A stretch of DNA of 47,307 nt from Elusimicrobiota bacterium (GCA_043813605.1 JBDRKX010000128.1:1-47307); one strand, 5' to 3'. Positions 8,857-20,840 are shown, counted from the first letter of the stretch. Made by a program: numbers and translations. The notes: a model not told the origin generated them from the sequence alone.

Positions 8857-10826
8857 CCGGAAAAGAAAATATAGAAGAGAAAATCAATACCCTCCTGGAT
8901 CCTAAGGGCCGGAAAAAGGAAACCATACTTTATGAATTAGCCCTTATTGATGATAACGAATCGTTTGAATACGTCAAAGCTGTATTGACGGGAAAGGGCA
9001 CCCTGGAGGCCCGGTACTGGTATATACGGTACCTGTGCAGGGTTCCCGGTTATTATGCGATAGAGGCGCTGGCCGAACTCGCGGAGGATCCTAAAGAATC
9101 CATACGGCGCGAAGCGCGCGAAGGCATAAAACGGCTCGAAAAGGATGCGTTCTCATTAATGCTTAAGAAACTTGTTTATTCTCAAAACAGGGATAACATG
9201 GCATTTGCCCTGAGGGAGATATATTATTCCGGCGATGTGCGGTTTGTGATCCCGGTCTACAGAGTTTTTGGAAGACTCTCTTTGGACGAGGAACTGGCGG
9301 TAACCGCCGTTAAATGCATAAGCATGGCAAGGGTTCCAAGGAGCAGAGCCATACTCAAAGAGATCGCCATTGGTTATAAATCACCGGGCATAAGGAAAGA
9401 GGCGATCAAAGCTCTTTCGGAATTCCGGAAACTGGATGTTTCGTTTTTTAAAGATTTTCTGGCTGATGATAACAATGAAATAAGAAGGATAGCCGCCGCG
9501 GCCCTGCATACCCGTGTAACAAAAAAAAGCCAGCGGGCGCTTTCACTGATGATAAAAGCCGAAAAAAATAAACCTGAAAAACTTTATATGATATCAGGCA
9601 TAAAAATGGTCATCTCAAGGCCGCTCTTCAGCGTACTATGGGAATATGCGCTGGCGGGCGAGATGGAGTATTCCATGGCAGCCTTTTCTGTCCTCAGAAG
9701 GACCCGCACAGGGTTCCTGGAAAAAAGAATCATATCCATACTGAAAAAAAGCGGTGATATTCAGGAAAGAGCTGCCTGCGCGCGGATCCTGGCTGATTAC
9801 AATACATCAGGAACGGTAAAAGCGCTTATAAAGCTTTTTGAGAAGAGCGCCAGCTTTTTAGAAAAAAACGGGATACTGGAAACTCTGTCAGGATTTAAGT
9901 CTTTTTCATCGGCATTCCTGAGGAGTCAGTCCGCAAAAGGCGGTATACTTGGGAAATCCGCATTCAGACTTCTTCTTGGGCAAAAAGCTTTCAGCGTGAA
10001 GGAACTTTCCGATATGCTGAATAGACAAAATGACCAGTATATAGTGAAAGAGATCCTTTCTTATGCCGCAAATACCTGGAATCTTCCGGGTATCGAGGGT
10101 CTCATTGATAAATTTGCCCTGTTTACTTCAAGCCGTGATATACATATAAGATATCTCTCATTTGCCGCTCTTATTAATAACGCTGCAGGGAAATCAGCGC
10201 TTCATCTTTTTTCCGTATTGCGTAAAGAAAAGGACAGACTGCTCAAAAACGAGTTTGTCTCTCTCTTTGCGGCAGATATAAACGGACCCGGTATGGATGC
10301 GGTTTTATCAGAGTATTCGCATAATACGGGAGCCCTCTCAGTCATTTCAAAGATCATCAAAAGACTGCCTAATGACGCTGACAGAGGTTTTATTGACGCC
10401 ATACTTAAAAACCTGGGAGAAGAATCCCTTGATCCCGGCTCAATAACGGCGCTGAAAAAGCAGGTACTCCTCAGGCAGTATCTTGTATGCCGGAAAGAAC
10501 TTATAGACTATGCGTTAAAGGAGGCCGACAGGTCGCATAAGATGAATCATATAACCGGTCTTCTCATGAATATGAGTTCCGACATAGCGCGGTATTCCAG
10601 CCCGGAAGCACTCGCGGAATTTTACGTCAAAAACGCTATGGAAGTAAAAAAGGCTGTTCTTCATATAATGAGTTTTTACAGCGGTTACCATAAAAAGTTT
10701 TCCAAAATCATACTTGATGACTATAACGGCGCCGAATCCGCTGTACTTAGCTCCGCGATAAGAGAATATTTATCCGGGGTATTCGCAAAGGCCGCGCAAG
10801 CGCCCGGCGGCGTGGTCAAACAATGA
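8844..10826 (+). CDS. HEAT-repeat protein
   Basis: Repeats such as LAEDPKESIRREA, FLADDNNEIRRIAAAAL; overlaps pelE and pelF. Confidence 0.75.
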   Translation: MDPITGKENIEEKINTLLDPKGRKKETILYELALIDDNESFEYVKAVLTGKGTLEARYWYIRYLCRVPGYYAIEALAELAEDPKESIRREAREGIKRLEKDAFSLMLKKLVYSQNRDNMAFALREIYYSGDVRFVIPVYRVFGRLSLDEELAVTAVKCISMARVPRSRAILKEIAIGYKSPGIRKEAIKALSEFRKLDVSFFKDFLADDNNEIRRIAAAALHTRVTKKSQRALSLMIKAEKNKPEKLYMISGIKMVISRPLFSVLWEYALAGEMEYSMAAFSVLRRTRTGFLEKRIISILKKSGDIQERAACARILADYNTSGTVKALIKLFEKSASFLEKNGILETLSGFKSFSSAFLRSQSAKGGILGKSAFRLLLGQKAFSVKELSDMLNRQNDQYIVKEILSYAANTWNLPGIEGLIDKFALFTSSRDIHIRYLSFAALINNAAGKSALHLFSVLRKEKDRLLKNEFVSLFAADINGPGMDAVLSEYSHNTGALSVISKIIKRLPNDADRGFIDAILKNLGEESLDPGSITALKKQVLLRQYLVCRKELIDYALKEADRSHKMNHITGLLMNMSSDIARYSSPEALAEFYVKNAMEVKKAVLHIMSFYSGYHKKFSKIILDDYNGAESAVLSSAIREYLSGVFAKAAQAPGGVVKQ

Positions 10827-12286
10827 GCGATATCTGTTTTCTTTTAGAGGGAACCTATCCGTACGTTTCAGGCGGAGTCTCAAGCTGGGTAGCGGATATC
10901 ATAACTTCAATGCCGGACCTGGAATTTTCTATAGTATATCTGGGCGCTCACAGGGATTCCTTTAAATCCCGCAAATATGCCGTTCCTTCCAATGTCACGG
11001 GAATACTCGAATACTATATTTTCGACTACAGTTTCCATAATAAGGGCGGCAGCCGTATCATAGGTAAAAATCGCAGACTGCTTGCGGATTTTTTAGCCGG
11101 CCTGATAGAAGGCGAAACTGCACAGTTCGAAGAAGTCCTTGAAATACTGGGGGATAAAAGGATAACTCTTTTTGACCTGACTTATTCGAAGGAGTCCTGG
11201 GAGATAATGATGGAAGTCTATAGGAAAAAAGCCAGGGATATATCGTTTATAGATTTTTTCTGGTCCTGGCGGTTCATATATCTTCCCATGTTCTCGCTTA
11301 TGAAGATAGATCTGCCCTTATCCGGGGTCTACCATTCGGTATCTACAGGTTATGCCGGACTTCTGGGCAGCATAGCGAAGATAAAAACCGGATGCCCGTA
11401 TATACTTACGGAACACGGGATATATACCAGGGAAAGGAAAATAGAGATACTTCATGCGGAGTGGATAAAATCAAGCCTGGCGGAAGACATTACAGTTACG
11501 AGCAAAGAAGATTTTTTCAAACAGTGGTGGGTAAAACTTTTTTCGTTTTTCAGCATTACCGCCTACAACTACGCCGATTCTATTTATTCGATCTATGAAG
11601 GGAACAGCCGTATCCAGATATCGGAAGGCGCGCCGGCCGAAAAAGTATCGGTCATACCCAACGGTATAGAGCAGGACAGGTTCGGCAGTTTTACCGCTAA
11701 AAGAAAGAAAGGCCGGTTCAGGATAGGGTTCATAGGCCGTATCGTAAAGATAAAGGATGTAAAGACATTTATCCGCGCCTGCGATATTGCCTGCCGCAGG
11801 ATCCCGGAAGCCGAAGCATGGATGCTCGGGCCGTACGACGAAGAAAAGCAGTATTATGAAGAATGCAAAAAAATGATAAAGGATCGCGGTCTGGAGGAAA
11901 AGATACTTTTCAAGGGCAAAGTGGACATCAATGAGTATATTAAAGAACTTGATGTAGTTGTTCTCACCAGTATCAGTGAAGGCCAGCCGTTCGTAATACT
12001 TGAAGCAAACCTCTGCGGCATACCTGTGATAGCCACCGATGCGGGCGCCTGCCGCGAGCTGCTGGAGGGCCGGGGCGGAGAAGACCGCAGTTTTGGCCAA
12101 AGCGGAATAATAACTCCGCAGAATGCGCCCGAAAGCACGGCGCAGGCTATGGTCCGCCTGTATAAAGAAAGCGACACATACAGGAATATGTCTTCGGCGG
12201 GTATAAAGAGAGTTAAAAAGTACTATAACAAGGATGAGATGACAGGAAGATACCGTTCGGTATACATTGACGGGAAGGTTATATAG
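10823..12286 (+). CDS. pelF: GT4 glycosyltransferase PelF
   Basis: DICFLLEGTYPYVSGGVSSW, STGYAG, LTEHGIYTRER, SISEGQPFVILEA. Confidence 0.95.
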   Translation: MSDICFLLEGTYPYVSGGVSSWVADIITSMPDLEFSIVYLGAHRDSFKSRKYAVPSNVTGILEYYIFDYSFHNKGGSRIIGKNRRLLADFLAGLIEGETAQFEEVLEILGDKRITLFDLTYSKESWEIMMEVYRKKARDISFIDFFWSWRFIYLPMFSLMKIDLPLSGVYHSVSTGYAGLLGSIAKIKTGCPYILTEHGIYTRERKIEILHAEWIKSSLAEDITVTSKEDFFKQWWVKLFSFFSITAYNYADSIYSIYEGNSRIQISEGAPAEKVSVIPNGIEQDRFGSFTAKRKKGRFRIGFIGRIVKIKDVKTFIRACDIACRRIPEAEAWMLGPYDEEKQYYEECKKMIKDRGLEEKILFKGKVDINEYIKELDVVVLTSISEGQPFVILEANLCGIPVIATDAGACRELLEGRGGEDRSFGQSGIITPQNAPESTAQAMVRLYKESDTYRNMSSAGIKRVKKYYNKDEMTGRYRSVYIDGKVI

Positions 12287-12289
12287 AAT

Positions 12290-13684
12290 ATGGCAGGTAT
12301 AGGTTTCAGGATAGAACATATTTTAAAAGATGATAGTTATACCTCTACGGTAAAGGCCCATTATTATTCGACTCTGATATCGGCCGGACCGTGGCTCCTG
12401 AGCGTTCTGACACTTTTTCTGTTGACGATGCTTGCTCCGGCTCGACTCGGGGGCAGCGGCATAGTTTTCTTCAGAGCGGGAATCATCTATATTTACGCTT
12501 TCTCTCTCGTAGTTGTCGGAGCTTTCTACCTTTCGCTCAGCAGATATATGGCGGACAGGATATACATAGGTGACGACCGCTCGCTTATACCTATATACAA
12601 TTCAGCTTTGCTGATAGTAGTGGTTTTCCAGTTTTGTACAGGTTGGCTGCTCGTGATGAGTTTAGGCACTGCCTTTATGATAAAACTGCTCATGGTAATG
12701 ATCTATGTGGTTGTAAGCGGAATATGGCTTGCGATGATTTTTCTTACAGCGCTCAGGGACTATAAATCGATTTCAACGGCATACATCAGGGGAGGCGTTC
12801 TCACTGTAATACTTTCGGTGCTGTTAGGGCGGTTTTTTGGGTTGGCCGGCTATTTCCTGGGGTATCTCGCCGGGCATATGTTCATATTCATAAGCCTTTC
12901 TTTCAGGATTATGATCGAGTTCGATACTCAAAGCCTGATAGAATGGGGATTCTGGGAGTACATGCTTAAAAATCCTGCGCTGGTTATGATAGGCGTAATA
13001 TACAATGCCGCAGTCTGGGTTGATAAGTTCATAATGTGGCATGCCGAGGGTTCTTTTGCTGTCGCCGGCGTAATGAAAATCCATCCGTTCTATGACAGCA
13101 CCGTCTTTCTCGCTTATCTTACGATGGTTCCTGCGCTATCACTATTTCTTATACGGGTAGAGACCGATTTTTACAGGAAATACAGTGCATATTATCATAT
13201 GGTGCTTAATAGAGGCACTTTCAGGGATATTGCTGAAGCCAAAGGGGAGATGTCACGGAGCCTGAAAAACAGTATAAACATATTGATTGTATACCAGGGG
13301 ATGTTCAGCCTGCTGATGATAATACTTGCTGAAAAACTGATACCTCTTGTCAGGATGAGTATAACGCAGGTACCTTTGTTCAGAATAACTGTACTCGGAG
13401 CATTTCTTCATTCCTTGATATTTTCAGGTATAATAATAATGCTCTATTTCGATTTCAGAAAACCGGTACTGGCAGTATCACTTATATTCCTTGTCTTTAA
13501 CGCATTGTTCACAAAGTTGTCAGCCAATGCCGGGTTTCAATACCTGGGTTACGGATATTTCGGGGCGGCCTTAATAACCCTTTTGTCGTTATACATCCTG
13601 TTTAACAGGAATTACAGAAATCTTGAGTATTATACCTTCGCGCTCCAGCCGGCGGCCATGCACAGGAAGGAAGAGATTGTATAA
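12290..13684 (+). CDS. pelG: Pel polysaccharide transporter PelG
   Basis: MAGIGF N-terminus, SAGPWL, WVDKF, RVETDFY; multi-TM. Confidence 0.95.
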   Translation: MAGIGFRIEHILKDDSYTSTVKAHYYSTLISAGPWLLSVLTLFLLTMLAPARLGGSGIVFFRAGIIYIYAFSLVVVGAFYLSLSRYMADRIYIGDDRSLIPIYNSALLIVVVFQFCTGWLLVMSLGTAFMIKLLMVMIYVVVSGIWLAMIFLTALRDYKSISTAYIRGGVLTVILSVLLGRFFGLAGYFLGYLAGHMFIFISLSFRIMIEFDTQSLIEWGFWEYMLKNPALVMIGVIYNAAVWVDKFIMWHAEGSFAVAGVMKIHPFYDSTVFLAYLTMVPALSLFLIRVETDFYRKYSAYYHMVLNRGTFRDIAEAKGEMSRSLKNSINILIVYQGMFSLLMIILAEKLIPLVRMSITQVPLFRITVLGAFLHSLIFSGIIIMLYFDFRKPVLAVSLIFLVFNALFTKLSANAGFQYLGYGYFGAALITLLSLYILFNRNYRNLEYYTFALQPAAMHRKEEIV

Positions 13685-13699
13685 ATTTTCAATAGGTAT

Positions 13700-13967
13700 A
13701 AAAGAAACCCGTCGTTGCATAGCGCACGCATCCGGATATGAGAAGGAATTGAAATATTCCTTCAGGTCAGGGTTTGCGACCGGTAACGAGTCTGTTGAGA
13801 GAAATGGAGGAAATTACTTTTCAGATATCCGGATAAATACGGTGTTCTCAAGTGTAAAATGTTATATTACTTCAAGCTTCGGGACAGTAATTACGGGCAT
13901 ACGGGAATGGAGAGATAAAAGATTGAACCATAATGCGGCGATATTGTCGGTATTTAAACGGTTTTAA
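13700..13967 (+). pseudogene. Possible remnant of an outer-membrane beta-barrel gene (C-terminus only)
   Basis: Open frame with alternating hydrophobic strands ending SVFKRF-stop; no credible start. Confidence 0.25.
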
Positions 13968-14046
13968 AGATGAAATCAGATGATAGAAAAGAGCTGTTGA
14001 TATTCTTTACCGGATATAAGTATGCCGGGAAAGAGATAGAAACATC

Positions 14047-14622
14047 ATGACTGAGTTTTTGCTTTGTTTCATACCTCTTTTCATAGCAGTAGACGCGGTG
14101 GGAGTGCTCCCGATTTTCATCGGCCTTGTAGAAGGAATAGATCCGTTAAAAGTCAGGAAGATTATTATACAGTCTGTGCTGACTGCGTATGCCGTATCCA
14201 TTATTTTTATATATTTTGGTGTGAAGCTTCTTGATATACTCGGTATAACGGTGCCGGATTTCATGGTCGCGGGCGGCATACTGCTTTTCACGATCTCAAT
14301 AAGCGACCTGCTTTCGTATGAAAAAAGACAGAGGCAGATTGATCCGGAGAGCCTTGGAGCCGTGCCGCTTGGAGTACCACTTATAGCTGGCCCTGCTGTA
14401 CTTACGACATCAATTATATTGATAAATGAATACGGCGCTCTTATGACAGTTGCGTCATTGGTGATAAATATAACTATTGCAGGTGTCATATTCATGGGTT
14501 CCGGAAGCATATACAGGCTGCTCGGAAAAGCAGGCTCAAGAACCCTTTCCAAACTGGCTGCCCTTCTTCTTGCCGCGTTTTCGGTGAGTATTATAAGAAG
14601 AGGCATTATGGAGATGTTTTAA
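14047..14622 (+). CDS. MarC family membrane protein
   Basis: FIPLFIAVDAVG, FMVAGGILL, VPLGVPLIAGPA motifs. Confidence 0.92.
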   Translation: MTEFLLCFIPLFIAVDAVGVLPIFIGLVEGIDPLKVRKIIIQSVLTAYAVSIIFIYFGVKLLDILGITVPDFMVAGGILLFTISISDLLSYEKRQRQIDPESLGAVPLGVPLIAGPAVLTTSIILINEYGALMTVASLVINITIAGVIFMGSGSIYRLLGKAGSRTLSKLAALLLAAFSVSIIRRGIMEMF

Positions 14623-14623
14623 A

Positions 14624-16285
14624 ATGGTTAAATTATTATTTATTTCCGTATTGCTGATAACTGTAAATACTGCGGGGATCTGCGCAGAAAAATATCCATT
14701 CATGGAAAAACTGGATGAACTGTTAAGGAACAGGATCGAGACCGCTGATTATTCCGGAAATATTAAGATCGGGAATGAGTATATATATTCAAGGAGCGCT
14801 CTGCCGCTTTTTTATGAGAAACGCGGTTATAAGCCCGCATGGCTGGAAGATAACGGTTCTTTATCAAAAAATGCTCATGATCTGATACAGGCTCTTAAGG
14901 ATTCTTATAATGAAGGATTGACTCCTTCAAATTATCATATTGATAAAATCGAGTCGTTTGTAAAATATATTTTAGAAAAGAAGACAAGAGCTAATTTACC
15001 AAAGGTTCTTGTTGAAATAGATATTCTTCTGACAGATTCGTTCCTGATATACTCATCGCATCTTGTCTCAGGCAAGGTAAATCCGGAGACAATCGATTCT
15101 GAATGGATAGCGGTAAAAAGAGAACGCGATTTGACGGAGGTTCTTGAAAAAGCCCTGAAAGATAATAATATCGAGAAAAGTCTTTCGGAACTGCTGCCTG
15201 ATTACGATGGGTACCGCGGGCTCAGGGATGCCTTAAAAAAATACAGGAAGATTTCAGTGGACGAAGGGTGGCAGCAGATCCCTTCGGGGAAAACCATTAA
15301 ACCCGGAGAAGCCGATCCGAGGGTTCCGGTAATATGCGAGAGGTTAAGCATAGAAAAAGATTTCAGGGGAAAAAGGGAAGATATAGATATATATGACGAA
15401 ATACTTCAACGGGAAGTTAAAGAGTTTCAGAAGCGTTACGGGCTTGAAGTCACAGGGGAGGTAGATGCTCCTACATTAAACGCAATGAGTGTCAGTGCCG
15501 GGGAAAGGATAAAACAGATCCTGGTAAACCTTGAAAGATGGCGTTGGCTGCCTCAGGAACTGGGAGACAGCCATGTTATTGTAAATATTGCCGGTTTTGA
15601 ACTGGATGTTATAGATGATAAGAAAAAGATCATGGATATGCGCGTTATCGTAGGCAGGGATTACAGGCGTACGCCTGTGTTCAGCGACAGGATAACTTAT
15701 CTTGTGCTTAATCCATACTGGCATGTGCCTGATAATATTGCTGTTCAGGATATTATACAGAAAGTGCTGAATGATAAGGGATATCTATCGAAGCAGAATA
15801 TGAAGGTTTTTCAGGGGCTGGGAAGCGAGGCGATGGAAATAGACCCCAGTACTATTGAATGGGACAAGCTTAATGAAAATAATTTTCCATACAGGTTAAG
15901 GCAGGAACCGGGGCCGATGAATGCATTGGGAAAAGTGAAGTTCATGTTCCCTAATAAGTTCAATGTTTATCTTCACGATACGTCTTCCCCGGATTTATTT
16001 ATTAAAAATGTACGCACCTTCAGCTCGGGCTGTATCAGAATAGAGAAACCGCTGGCTCTGGCAAGGTACCTGATGGGCTGGAAGGAAAAAGAACTGGAAG
16101 AATTGTTAAAATATAATACTGATAAAACAATAAAACTGACCCGGCCTTTGCCTATTCATATCCTTTACTGGACAGCCTGGGTAGATGGTAACGGTGATCT
16201 TAATTTCAGGGAGGACATTTATATGCGTGACGGAAAATTATACGAAACCTTAAAAGAAGAGTACCGAAAAAATGATAAAGAATAA
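14624..16285 (+). CDS. Murein L,D-transpeptidase, YcbB/LdtD family
   Basis: Signal peptide, PG-binding domain (VKEFQKRYGL), NLERWRWLP, YLHDT...FSSGCIR catalytic motif. Confidence 0.92.
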   Translation: MVKLLFISVLLITVNTAGICAEKYPFMEKLDELLRNRIETADYSGNIKIGNEYIYSRSALPLFYEKRGYKPAWLEDNGSLSKNAHDLIQALKDSYNEGLTPSNYHIDKIESFVKYILEKKTRANLPKVLVEIDILLTDSFLIYSSHLVSGKVNPETIDSEWIAVKRERDLTEVLEKALKDNNIEKSLSELLPDYDGYRGLRDALKKYRKISVDEGWQQIPSGKTIKPGEADPRVPVICERLSIEKDFRGKREDIDIYDEILQREVKEFQKRYGLEVTGEVDAPTLNAMSVSAGERIKQILVNLERWRWLPQELGDSHVIVNIAGFELDVIDDKKKIMDMRVIVGRDYRRTPVFSDRITYLVLNPYWHVPDNIAVQDIIQKVLNDKGYLSKQNMKVFQGLGSEAMEIDPSTIEWDKLNENNFPYRLRQEPGPMNALGKVKFMFPNKFNVYLHDTSSPDLFIKNVRTFSSGCIRIEKPLALARYLMGWKEKELEELLKYNTDKTIKLTRPLPIHILYWTAWVDGNGDLNFREDIYMRDGKLYETLKEEYRKNDKE

Positions 16286-17258
16286 GATATTATCAGGAAA
16301 AAATATATCAACCGTTATTCTCTTGAATATATTTCTTGTCTTTTGCAGTTCACATTGCGTAAAAGCTCAGGAGCACAGTATCAGGCCCGGATTCAGCGTA
16401 GAATTCAAAAATAATGTATGTCCCTATAATGTCACTGGAGTATTTGTAATGCCCGGCGAGATACTGGAGTTTAGAATTGACGGTAAAGATAAAACTGATT
16501 TAAAATACACTATTAAGGCTTCTACCGGAAACCTGCAGTATATTTCATCCGGCGCATGGAAATGGACGGCGCCAAAATCAAAGGGTTTATATGAAATAGA
16601 AATTACAGAAACAGGAACAGCAAAAAGTATTTTGATGAATGTTTTCGTGATGGTGCCCCGTAAAGAGAAAAAGGGGGAGTACCTGAACGGTTACAGGATA
16701 GGGTACTACGAAAAAATAGCCTTAAAAGGTCTGGCAATATACCAAATACCTGAAGGATTTATTGAAGTTACAAAAGAAAATCAAGATACACTGCTTTCGC
16801 CGCATTTTAAACTGAAACAATTCATATGCAAGCAGAAGAGCGGTTATCCCAAATACATGGTTTTAAAGGAAAAGCTGATATTGAAACTGGAGATGGTTCT
16901 GGAAAAACTGAATGAGAAAGGCTATAAAACAGATACGATTCATACAATGAGCGGTTACAGGACACCTTATTATAATAAAGCCATAGGCAATGTTAAATAC
17001 AGCAGGCACTTGTACGGCGGAGCTGCGGATATTTTTATTGACGAAAATCCGAAGGACGGGAACATGGATGACCTCAACAAAGACGGCAGGATAGACTACC
17101 ATGACGCTGTAATTGTATATGACATAATCGACTCGATGTACGGCAAAGAATGGTACAGGATTTTTCACGGCGGATTAGGGTGGTATAAAAAAACAAAGAA
17201 GCACGGGCCGTTCGTGCATGTGGATGTCAGGGGATTCAGGGCAAGATGGGGAGATTAG
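16272..17258 (+). CDS. Exported peptidase M15 family metallopeptidase (D-Ala-D-Ala carboxypeptidase-like)
   Basis: SGYRTP, SRHLYGGAAD, FVHVDVRG zinc-ligand motifs; adjacent to the L,D-transpeptidase, like ycbB-ycbK. Confidence 0.85.
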   Translation: MIKNKILSGKNISTVILLNIFLVFCSSHCVKAQEHSIRPGFSVEFKNNVCPYNVTGVFVMPGEILEFRIDGKDKTDLKYTIKASTGNLQYISSGAWKWTAPKSKGLYEIEITETGTAKSILMNVFVMVPRKEKKGEYLNGYRIGYYEKIALKGLAIYQIPEGFIEVTKENQDTLLSPHFKLKQFICKQKSGYPKYMVLKEKLILKLEMVLEKLNEKGYKTDTIHTMSGYRTPYYNKAIGNVKYSRHLYGGAADIFIDENPKDGNMDDLNKDGRIDYHDAVIVYDIIDSMYGKEWYRIFHGGLGWYKKTKKHGPFVHVDVRGFRARWGD

Positions 17259-17283
17259 TTAAAACAAGACCGGAGGTCTTAAT

Positions 17284-19653
17284 ATGAACAGCAAAGTTAC
17301 AGAAAAAGATATTGAGAAAATCAACGCTTACTGGAGGGCTGCAAATTACCTTTCCGTAGGGCAGATATACCTTATGGATAACCCGCTCTTAAAAGTTCCG
17401 CTTAAAAAGGAGCATGTAAAACCCAGGCTCCTGGGGCACTGGGGTACAACGCCGGGCTTGAATTTTATATATGTCCATCTTAACAGGATCATAAAAGAGC
17501 ATGATCAGAATATGATTTATATTATCGGCCCGGGCCATGGAGGTCCTGCTATAGTAGCGAACACTTACCTGGAAGGGAGTTTCAGTGAATTTTACCCTGA
17601 TGTAAGCCAGGATGAGGCCGGCATGAAAAGGCTCTTTAAACAGTTCTCTTTTCCCGGCGGTATTCCGAGCCATGTTTCTCCTGAGATACCCGGCTCTATT
17701 CATGAGGGGGGAGAACTGGGTTATTCAGTATCCCATGCATACGGAGCAGCGTTTGATAATCCTGATCTGATAGTGGCCTGTGTCGTGGGAGACGGTGAAG
17801 CTGAAACCGGTCCGCTTGCGGCAGCGTGGCATTCAAACAAGTTTCTTAATCCGGTTCGAGACGGTGTGGTCCTTCCTATACTTCACCTGAACGGATATAA
17901 GATAGCCAATCCCACAATTCTTTCAAGGATAAGCCATGAAGAACTTGAATGTTATTTCAAGGGTATGGGTTATAATCCATATTTTGTAGAAGGCTCGGAC
18001 CCTATGAAAATGCACGAACTTATGGCGAAAACTCTGGATAAAGTTATAGCTGAAATAAAGAGTATTAAGGATAAAGCAGTGTCCGACGGCATTAAGGGAC
18101 GGCCAGTATGGCCTATGATTGTTTTAAGATCGCCCAAGGGCTGGACGGGTCCTAAGGAAGTTGACGGAAAAAAGACGGAGGATTTCTGGCGTTCTCACCA
18201 GGTGCCGTTTGCAGAACTTGACACTAATCCCGGACATCTGAAACTGCTGGAAGATTGGATGAAAAGTTATAAGCCCGAAGAACTCTTTGATGAAACCGGA
18301 AAACTTATTGATGAACTGGCTTCTCTTGCTCCTTCCGGAACCAGGCGGATGGGTTCCAATCCTCATGCCAATGGAGGGATCCTTCTGAAAAACCTGAAAC
18401 TCCCTGATTTCAGGGATTACACGGTTGATGTCCCTGAACCCGGCGCAGTTCTGGAAGAAGCCACTCGGGTTATGGGCAGATTTTTAAGGGATGTGATGAA
18501 GCTAAACGAGAAAGAGAAGAATTTCAGGGTAATAGGCCCGGACGAAGTCGCCTCTAACCGGCTGGGCGCTCTTTTTGAGGTAACCGACAGGGCATGGCTG
18601 GAAAAGACAATTCCTGAAGACGACCATCTTTCTCCCGAGGGAAGAGTAATGGAGATTCTAAGCGAGACTACATGCCAGGGCTGGCTTGAAGGGTATCTGC
18701 TTACAGGCCGTCACGGTATTTTTACGTCCTATGAGGCGTTTATTCATATAGTTGATTCAATGTTCAATCAGCACGCCAAGTGGCTGAAGGTTACCAGGGA
18801 TGAGATACCCTGGCGCCGTTCCATAGCGTCGCTTAATATCCTGTTATCCTCACATGTCTGGCAGCAGGATAATAACGGGTTCAGCCACCAGGATCCGGGA
18901 TTTATCGACCATGTGGTTAACAAAAAAGCCGAGATTGTAAGGGTATATTTTCCGCCGGATGCCAATACTCTGCTTTCGGTGACGGACCACTGCCTGAGGA
19001 GCAGGGACTATGTTAACGTTATTGTCGCCGGGAAGAAGTTTCAGCCTCAGTGGCTTACAATGGAGCAGGCTATCAGACACTGCTCTTCCGGTATCGGTAT
19101 CTGGGAATGGGCAAGCAATGATAAGGGAAGTGAGCCGGATGTAGTAATGGCCTGCTGCGGTGATGTGCCATCAATGGAGATCCTTGCGGCAGTTCAGATG
19201 CTGAAAGGGTTCGAGCCTGAACTGAAGATAAGAGTCATAAATGTAGTTGACCTGATGACTATACAGCCGAAGGATGCTCATCCGCACGGCCTTTCTGATG
19301 ACGAATATGACGATATGTTTACTGTAAATAAACCGGTGATCTTCGCATATCACGGTTATCCATGGCTGATTCACCGTCTTACCTACAAACGGAACAGCCA
19401 TAAGAACCTGCATGTAAGGGGATACAAGGAAGAGGGAACTATTACGACCGCTTTTGATATGCTGGTCAGGAACGATCTTGACAGGTTCCATCTTACCGCC
19501 GATGCGGTGGACCGCGTACCGAAACTGGAGAAGAAGGCCGGTTATATCAAGCAGTATATCCGCGATAAACTGATCGAGCATGGCGAATATATCAGAAAAT
19601 ACGGAGTGGATATGCCTGAGATCAGGGACTGGAAATGGGAGGCGCGGAAATGA
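17284..19653 (+). CDS. xfp: Xylulose-5-P/fructose-6-P phosphoketolase
   Basis: [42 protein letters not shown]. Confidence 0.97.
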   Translation: MNSKVTEKDIEKINAYWRAANYLSVGQIYLMDNPLLKVPLKKEHVKPRLLGHWGTTPGLNFIYVHLNRIIKEHDQNMIYIIGPGHGGPAIVANTYLEGSFSEFYPDVSQDEAGMKRLFKQFSFPGGIPSHVSPEIPGSIHEGGELGYSVSHAYGAAFDNPDLIVACVVGDGEAETGPLAAAWHSNKFLNPVRDGVVLPILHLNGYKIANPTILSRISHEELECYFKGMGYNPYFVEGSDPMKMHELMAKTLDKVIAEIKSIKDKAVSDGIKGRPVWPMIVLRSPKGWTGPKEVDGKKTEDFWRSHQVPFAELDTNPGHLKLLEDWMKSYKPEELFDETGKLIDELASLAPSGTRRMGSNPHANGGILLKNLKLPDFRDYTVDVPEPGAVLEEATRVMGRFLRDVMKLNEKEKNFRVIGPDEVASNRLGALFEVTDRAWLEKTIPEDDHLSPEGRVMEILSETTCQGWLEGYLLTGRHGIFTSYEAFIHIVDSMFNQHAKWLKVTRDEIPWRRSIASLNILLSSHVWQQDNNGFSHQDPGFIDHVVNKKAEIVRVYFPPDANTLLSVTDHCLRSRDYVNVIVAGKKFQPQWLTMEQAIRHCSSGIGIWEWASNDKGSEPDVVMACCGDVPSMEILAAVQMLKGFEPELKIRVINVVDLMTIQPKDAHPHGLSDDEYDDMFTVNKPVIFAYHGYPWLIHRLTYKRNSHKNLHVRGYKEEGTITTAFDMLVRNDLDRFHLTADAVDRVPKLEKKAGYIKQYIRDKLIEHGEYIRKYGVDMPEIRDWKWEARK

Positions 19654-20774
19654 AAAATAGCATGGTATATAAAATAAAAAAGTTCGGGCAGAGTGTGTGG
19701 TATGATAATATCCGGCGCGGGCTTATTGTCTCGGGAGAACTGAAACGCATGGTTGATGAGGACGGCATCTGCGGGATAACTTCCAATCCGACAATATTTG
19801 AAAAAGCCATAACAGGTAACCAGGATTACGATGAAGAGATTATTCAATTGTCTAAAGAAAACAGAAATGCCGAGGATATATATAATATTCTGACAGTTGA
19901 AGATATATCTATGGCTGCGGATCTCCTTTCTGAAGTCTATCAGAATACAGGGATGGATGACGGTTATGTCAGTATTGAAGTCTCGCCGAAGTATGCCTAT
20001 AATACCAATGCTGCTATAATAGAGGCGCGGCGGATAAGAAAAGAGATAGATAAACCAAACATAATGATTAAGGTGCCTGCGACGAAAGAGGGCATACCGG
20101 CAATAGAACAGCTGATTTCGGAAGGTATAAATATAAATGTTACGCTTATATTTTCCATGAAACAGTATGAGAACGTAGCGCGCGCCTATATTAATGGATT
20201 AGGAAAACTGTCGGAAAATGGCGGAGATTTAAGCGGGATAAGATCAGTAGCGAGTGTATTTATCAGCAGGATAGATACTTATGTGGACAGACTGCTTGAA
20301 GATAAGATATCTAAAGAAAAGGATGAGTCAGGTAAAGAAGAACTTGCAGGACTTAAGGGTAAAACAGCTGTAGCTTATGTTAAGCAGGTTTACCAGCTTT
20401 CAAAGCAGATATTTGCGGGAGAAGACTTTATGACTTTAAAAGTAAAAGGAGCTTCCACGCAGCGGCCTCTTTGGGCTTCAACAGGCGTGAAGAATCCCGG
20501 ATACAGGGATACCATGTATATTGAGGAATTGATAGGTCCGGGTACCGTAAATACAGTTCCCAATGCAACGCTGGAAGCTTTCCGGGATCATGGAATGCCC
20601 GGGCTTAATCTGGAAAAAGATCTTGATAAGTCTACAAAAGTATTAGAGTCAATTAGAGATACAGGTATTGATATGAACAATGTGTGCGAAATACTGCAGA
20701 AAGAAGGCGTCGAGTCATTTGCAGAATCATTTGAAAACCTGATAAAGGCCATTCGACGGAAGGGGGAAAAATGA
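19650..20774 (+). CDS. tal: Transaldolase (long type)
   Basis: [42 protein letters not shown] overlap with the xfp stop supports the start at 19650. Confidence 0.93.
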   Translation: MKNSMVYKIKKFGQSVWYDNIRRGLIVSGELKRMVDEDGICGITSNPTIFEKAITGNQDYDEEIIQLSKENRNAEDIYNILTVEDISMAADLLSEVYQNTGMDDGYVSIEVSPKYAYNTNAAIIEARRIRKEIDKPNIMIKVPATKEGIPAIEQLISEGININVTLIFSMKQYENVARAYINGLGKLSENGGDLSGIRSVASVFISRIDTYVDRLLEDKISKEKDESGKEELAGLKGKTAVAYVKQVYQLSKQIFAGEDFMTLKVKGASTQRPLWASTGVKNPGYRDTMYIEELIGPGTVNTVPNATLEAFRDHGMPGLNLEKDLDKSTKVLESIRDTGIDMNNVCEILQKEGVESFAESFENLIKAIRRKGEK

Positions 20775-20840
20775 ATCCCGGGATTAGGGCATTAATTTTA
20801 GCTGCCCGGCCCTGTTATCGGTTTTTAACAAATAGAGCAT

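Noticed and set aside
11471..12319. 282-aa minus-strand ORF and other antisense ORFs (14007-14606, 24196-24789, 28841-29554)
   Set aside because: Shadow frames of well-supported plus-strand genes, with no recognisable motifs
17284..20774. xfp-tal pair as a novel pathway
   Set aside because: A known, common pairing in pentose/hexose phosphoketolase metabolism
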